DNA of 64,000 bases from an uncultured Nitrosopumilales archaeon (lineage in GTDB: Archaea; Thermoproteota; Nitrososphaeria; Nitrososphaerales; UBA213). Position 1 is the first letter of the stretch, and each line of letters opens with the position of its first letter. The stretch is taken from contig CAYJSN010000008.1 in assembly GCA_964373125.1 (NCBI GenBank), positions 4,244 through 68,243 on the forward strand, read 5' to 3'. The notes beneath the pieces were generated by a model. It had not been told where the DNA came from. It ran no database searches and saw only the letters and a program-made list of their open reading frames with translations. Below are positions 61,631-64,000 of the stretch, piece after piece. The translations under genes were made by a program, and so were the position numbers.

Positions 61631-61834
61631 ATGAAGCGAAGAAATAGCCGGAGACGCGCAAGAAGACATTCCAGAGCCAGGCGACGGTCCAGCGTGGTTC
61701 GAGCGGGAGGATTTTCGATTACAAGGACAAAGAAGGGTCTGAGGATCTCGCTTTCCCTTACGAGGGACACGATCAAGTCTGCCAGTGCGAAACGGAAGGG
61801 CGGCTACACCGGCAAGGTCATGATCGCGGTATAA
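61631..61834 (+). CDS. Possible 67-aa arginine-rich protein
   Basis: MKRRNSRRRARRHSRARRRSS... from an internal ATG of ORF 61526-61834. Competing ORFs on the other strand, so coding status is uncertain. Confidence 0.3.
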   Translation: MKRRNSRRRARRHSRARRRSSVVRAGGFSITRTKKGLRISLSLTRDTIKSASAKRKGGYTGKVMIAV

Positions 61835-61917
61835 ACCCAATTTTTTATTCTATGCCATTGCCAGCAGCAGACGCTGGCACAAGAAACTACATTAGGCACG
61901 TGCAACCAATCAGCTGC

Positions 61918-62169
61918 ATGCAGAAGGAATGCTCGAAGTGCAAGAAGACTTTCGTGTGCGGCTTCGATACCGGTTCCTGCTGGTGCCAAGACCTTGAGAT
62001 TGAGAAGACCGAGCTTGAGAAGCTGAACAACAACTACGAGTCATGCCTCTGCAAGGAATGCCTCTTATCCTATGCAAAGAACTCTATGCCTTCTGTGGAA
62101 GGAGATTTTAGGACGGCCAGAGGGACGGCCGGAAACAAAGCTCAAGGGTCCAAGGCCCCAAAGTCTTAG
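61918..62169 (+). CDS. Cysteine-rich CWC-type small protein
   Basis: 83 aa from MQKECSKCKKTFVCGFDTGSCWCQDL...CLCKECL. Matches the C-x2-C...C...CWC...C-x-C-x2-C pattern. Confidence 0.55.
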   Translation: MQKECSKCKKTFVCGFDTGSCWCQDLEIEKTELEKLNNNYESCLCKECLLSYAKNSMPSVEGDFRTARGTAGNKAQGSKAPKS

Positions 62170-62299
62170 ACTTTGGCTATTTCCCGGTCGCCCTCTGACG
62201 GGTATAGTTACACTGCGCGGCTATTAAATCTCCCCAAAGATTTCATCCCTGATAATCAGCTCTGAAGATCGTGACGAACCATTAAATACGGATACAAGA

Positions 62300-62755
62300 A
62301 TGCTTATCGATTATAACGTATCAAGCCAAAGAGAATTATACTTGGTGCACTCGATATCTGTTATGGCGAACAGTTCGACGGTGGATTTCACCGATCTCCT
62401 GGAGAAGTACGGCGAGCTCATCCTTTCCCTCAAGACCAGGTTCCCTAGGACGGATCTTAGATTTTTATTCGAGCTCATGTCGCACGAATTCCTGAACCCG
62501 GAGCACACGCCTACGCTGCAGCTGGAGATATTCTACAGGCCCGGCACGGACCTGCACACAAAATCCAAGTCGTTGGAGAGCAGGATGGACAGGGTGCCGT
62601 CCATTTTTGCGGCCGAGAACCGGCTGGTCATAGAGCCCAGGGTCACCATGAAAGACCTGGCTGAACTTGCGAAAGATCCCGACATAGAGAGCCTTGCCGG
62701 CGATGTGCTCTGCTGCACCGATGCGCTGCTGAGCCGCAGAAAGCACGAGCTCTAA
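62300..62755 (+). CDS. Hypothetical protein
   Basis: 151-aa ORF (alternative start MANSST at 62363). No recognised domain. Confidence 0.5.
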   Translation: MLIDYNVSSQRELYLVHSISVMANSSTVDFTDLLEKYGELILSLKTRFPRTDLRFLFELMSHEFLNPEHTPTLQLEIFYRPGTDLHTKSKSLESRMDRVPSIFAAENRLVIEPRVTMKDLAELAKDPDIESLAGDVLCCTDALLSRRKHEL

Positions 62756-62786
62756 CATAATTTTGCAATCAACAACGGATCATCTG

Positions 62787-63248
62787 CTAGCGAACGACAA
62801 CGGTATCCTGCCACACCATCTGGTTGTGGATATCGTTGTAGCGTATCGTGAGCGATTTGCCCTTGAGAGTGGCCCCGGCATCGTCGGTGGTGGGTATCTT
62901 GATCACCGCTTGGAAGACTCCCGTGTGCGGCCCGGTCTCCCTGAACGAGGTCCTGAAGAGCTTATCCACAAAGACACTCGACGCCTTCTTCTTGTTCACT
63001 TCGAGTGAGACAAACCCCTGCACCGGCTTGTAGGAGTCGATCGCATCGTGGCGCTTGTCCAGGTTCTTGTCAATTATAGTGACCTTGCCTTTCTGTCCCA
63101 TCGAGTAGAACTGCTTGTCGAAGAAGACATGATCATGCCTGGCCTTCGATTCTTGCGCAGCGGCTGCAGCGTTGCTCACAGATGCTGCGCCTACTGATGC
63201 CGTCAGGATGGCGATGCCCAGAAGCACGGCAAAGAACCTAGACTTCAT
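62787..63248 (-). CDS. Secreted single-module surface-type protein
   Basis: 153 aa. Signal peptide MKSRFFAVLLGIAILTASVGA. VTIIDKNLDKRHDAIDSY...FRETGPHTGVFQAVIKI resembles the ETG-x-x-TG-x-F beta-sandwich module of archaeal surface proteins. Confidence 0.6.
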   Translation of the reverse strand: MKSRFFAVLLGIAILTASVGAASVSNAAAAAQESKARHDHVFFDKQFYSMGQKGKVTIIDKNLDKRHDAIDSYKPVQGFVSLEVNKKKASSVFVDKLFRTSFRETGPHTGVFQAVIKIPTTDDAGATLKGKSLTIRYNDIHNQMVWQDTVVVR

Positions 63249-63337
63249 CTGTTACTTGTCAGGGCGGACTAATTTTATATTTCTTGTCCGGAACAGCCCC
63301 TTTGAGTCGGGGTATCAAGACCGCGCTCGCAACGTAG

Positions 63338-63778
63338 TCATTTCCTTGACATCCTGATGATCTCGTCCCACAATTCATCGGGAACCGGCATGACCGACAG
63401 TCGCGGGATTCTTACGAGCTCGAAGCCCCTGAACTTTGGGTTCGCCTTGATCTCCCCGAGTGTGACGGGCCGCTTCAGCTTCTGCAGGGGAGCTATATCA
63501 ACAACCACCAGCTTCGGATCCTTTTTATCGGGATAAGGCACTGACACGGCTCTGGCTATGCCCACCGCTGCTTTTTCGTCCCCGGTGTGGTAGTAGAGTA
63601 TTCGATCGTTCTCCTTCACGTTGCGCAGGTGCTTGAGCGCAAGGTTGTTCCTGACTCCGTCCCACCTAGTCCTACCGTCCTTCAGAAGATCATCGAAGGC
63701 GTAGTGTTCGGGTTCTTCCTTGAAGAGCCAGCTCGCCACGCCAGTAATTGGTTGAGGGCAGATATCAAACTTTTCCAT
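63338..63778 (-). CDS. EVE (PUA-like) domain protein
   Basis: 146 aa. WLFKEEPEHYAFDDL...TRWDGVRNNLALKHLRNVKENDRILYYHTG. Confidence 0.8.
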   Translation of the reverse strand: MEKFDICPQPITGVASWLFKEEPEHYAFDDLLKDGRTRWDGVRNNLALKHLRNVKENDRILYYHTGDEKAAVGIARAVSVPYPDKKDPKLVVVDIAPLQKLKRPVTLGEIKANPKFRGFELVRIPRLSVMPVPDELWDEIIRMSRK

Positions 63779-63808
63779 GCGGAAACGGCGAGCATAACAA
63801 AGTCTAAT

Positions 63809-64000
63809 TCAATCGCGCCTGACACTATACGAGACATGGCCGAGAGCGAGTCCGATGTCATATCGATAATCTTGTCCTCCCGCTGAGGTCGCATAGTCGG
63901 GCGCGAAGTATCCTATGGGCCTAACATCCTGGTCATAGATGAAGTAGGCGAACTCCTCACGGGCGAGGATCCAGCTCATCATTGGGTTTACTGGGTCCTG
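63809..64000 (-). CDS. 3' end of an unidentified gene running off the window
   Basis: Open GC3-rich frame from the window edge to TGA at 63809-63811: QDPVNPMMSWILAREEFAYFIYDQDVRPIGYF... Not in the ORF track because it has no start in the window. Confidence 0.4.
   Translation of the reverse strand, partial: QDPVNPMMSWILAREEFAYFIYDQDVRPIGYFAPDYATSAGGQDYRYDIGLALGHVSYSVRRD

Noticed and set aside
1-64000. CRISPR arrays, IS elements, integrases, prophage or plasmid modules, rRNA genes
   Set aside because: No regularly spaced direct repeats, no transposase/integrase/recombinase-like ORFs, and no terminal inverted repeats were seen. Every large ORF has a cellular housekeeping or envelope assignment. 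Absence is by visual inspection only.

Overview
GC-rich, very gene-dense archaeal chromosomal segment with about 80 protein-coding genes on both strands. Intergenic spacers are short and A/T-rich, carry TATA-like boxes roughly 25-35 nt upstream of start codons (many mRNAs look leaderless), and many neighbouring genes overlap by 1-20 nt at start/stop codons. Marker genes are: thermosome, L44e+S27e, NAC, aMBF1, PriS/PriL primase, an ESCRT-III/CdvB-like protein, aTrm56, an AcnX-type dehydratase plus a UbiD decarboxylase (archaeal mevalonate route), family-5 UDG, heme O synthase and two cobalamin gene clusters. Together they point to a TACK archaeon, most compatible with Nitrososphaerota/Thaumarchaeota; this is a guess from gene content and cannot be verified here. 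Content is mostly housekeeping: purine (guaB, guaA), pterin (folP, mptE), cobalamin (cobY-cobS-cbiB-cobQ-cobD and cbiT-cbiL-cbiF), sulfate assimilation (sat-cysH), phosphate uptake (DUF47-PiT plus an AbrB-PhoU regulator), DNA repair (nth, nfo, UDG), aaRS (aspS, glyS), translation and RNA modification. By eye I recognised no rRNA, tRNA, CRISPR array, integrase, transposase or prophage. I did not find an unambiguous novel multi-gene system. The best leads are: (1) enzymes whose catalytic residues are replaced, namely a MurI-like racemase with both catalytic Cys changed to Ser and a CobQ whose glutaminase Cys and His are missing; (2) a miniature ATP-sulfurylase-like nucleotidyltransferase transcribed divergently from a polytopic sulfite-oxidase-family molybdoenzyme that carries an internal twin-arginine motif; (3) a translationally coupled CBS-Zn-ribbon / Mut7-C nuclease / AMMECR1 triplet; (4) a UPF0182 giant membrane protein abutting an orphan glutamine amidotransferase; (5) a cluster of small orphan genes at 60-63 kb that includes a membrane-tethered C2H2 zinc finger. 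All functional calls rest on motif recognition in the supplied translations; no database search was possible.
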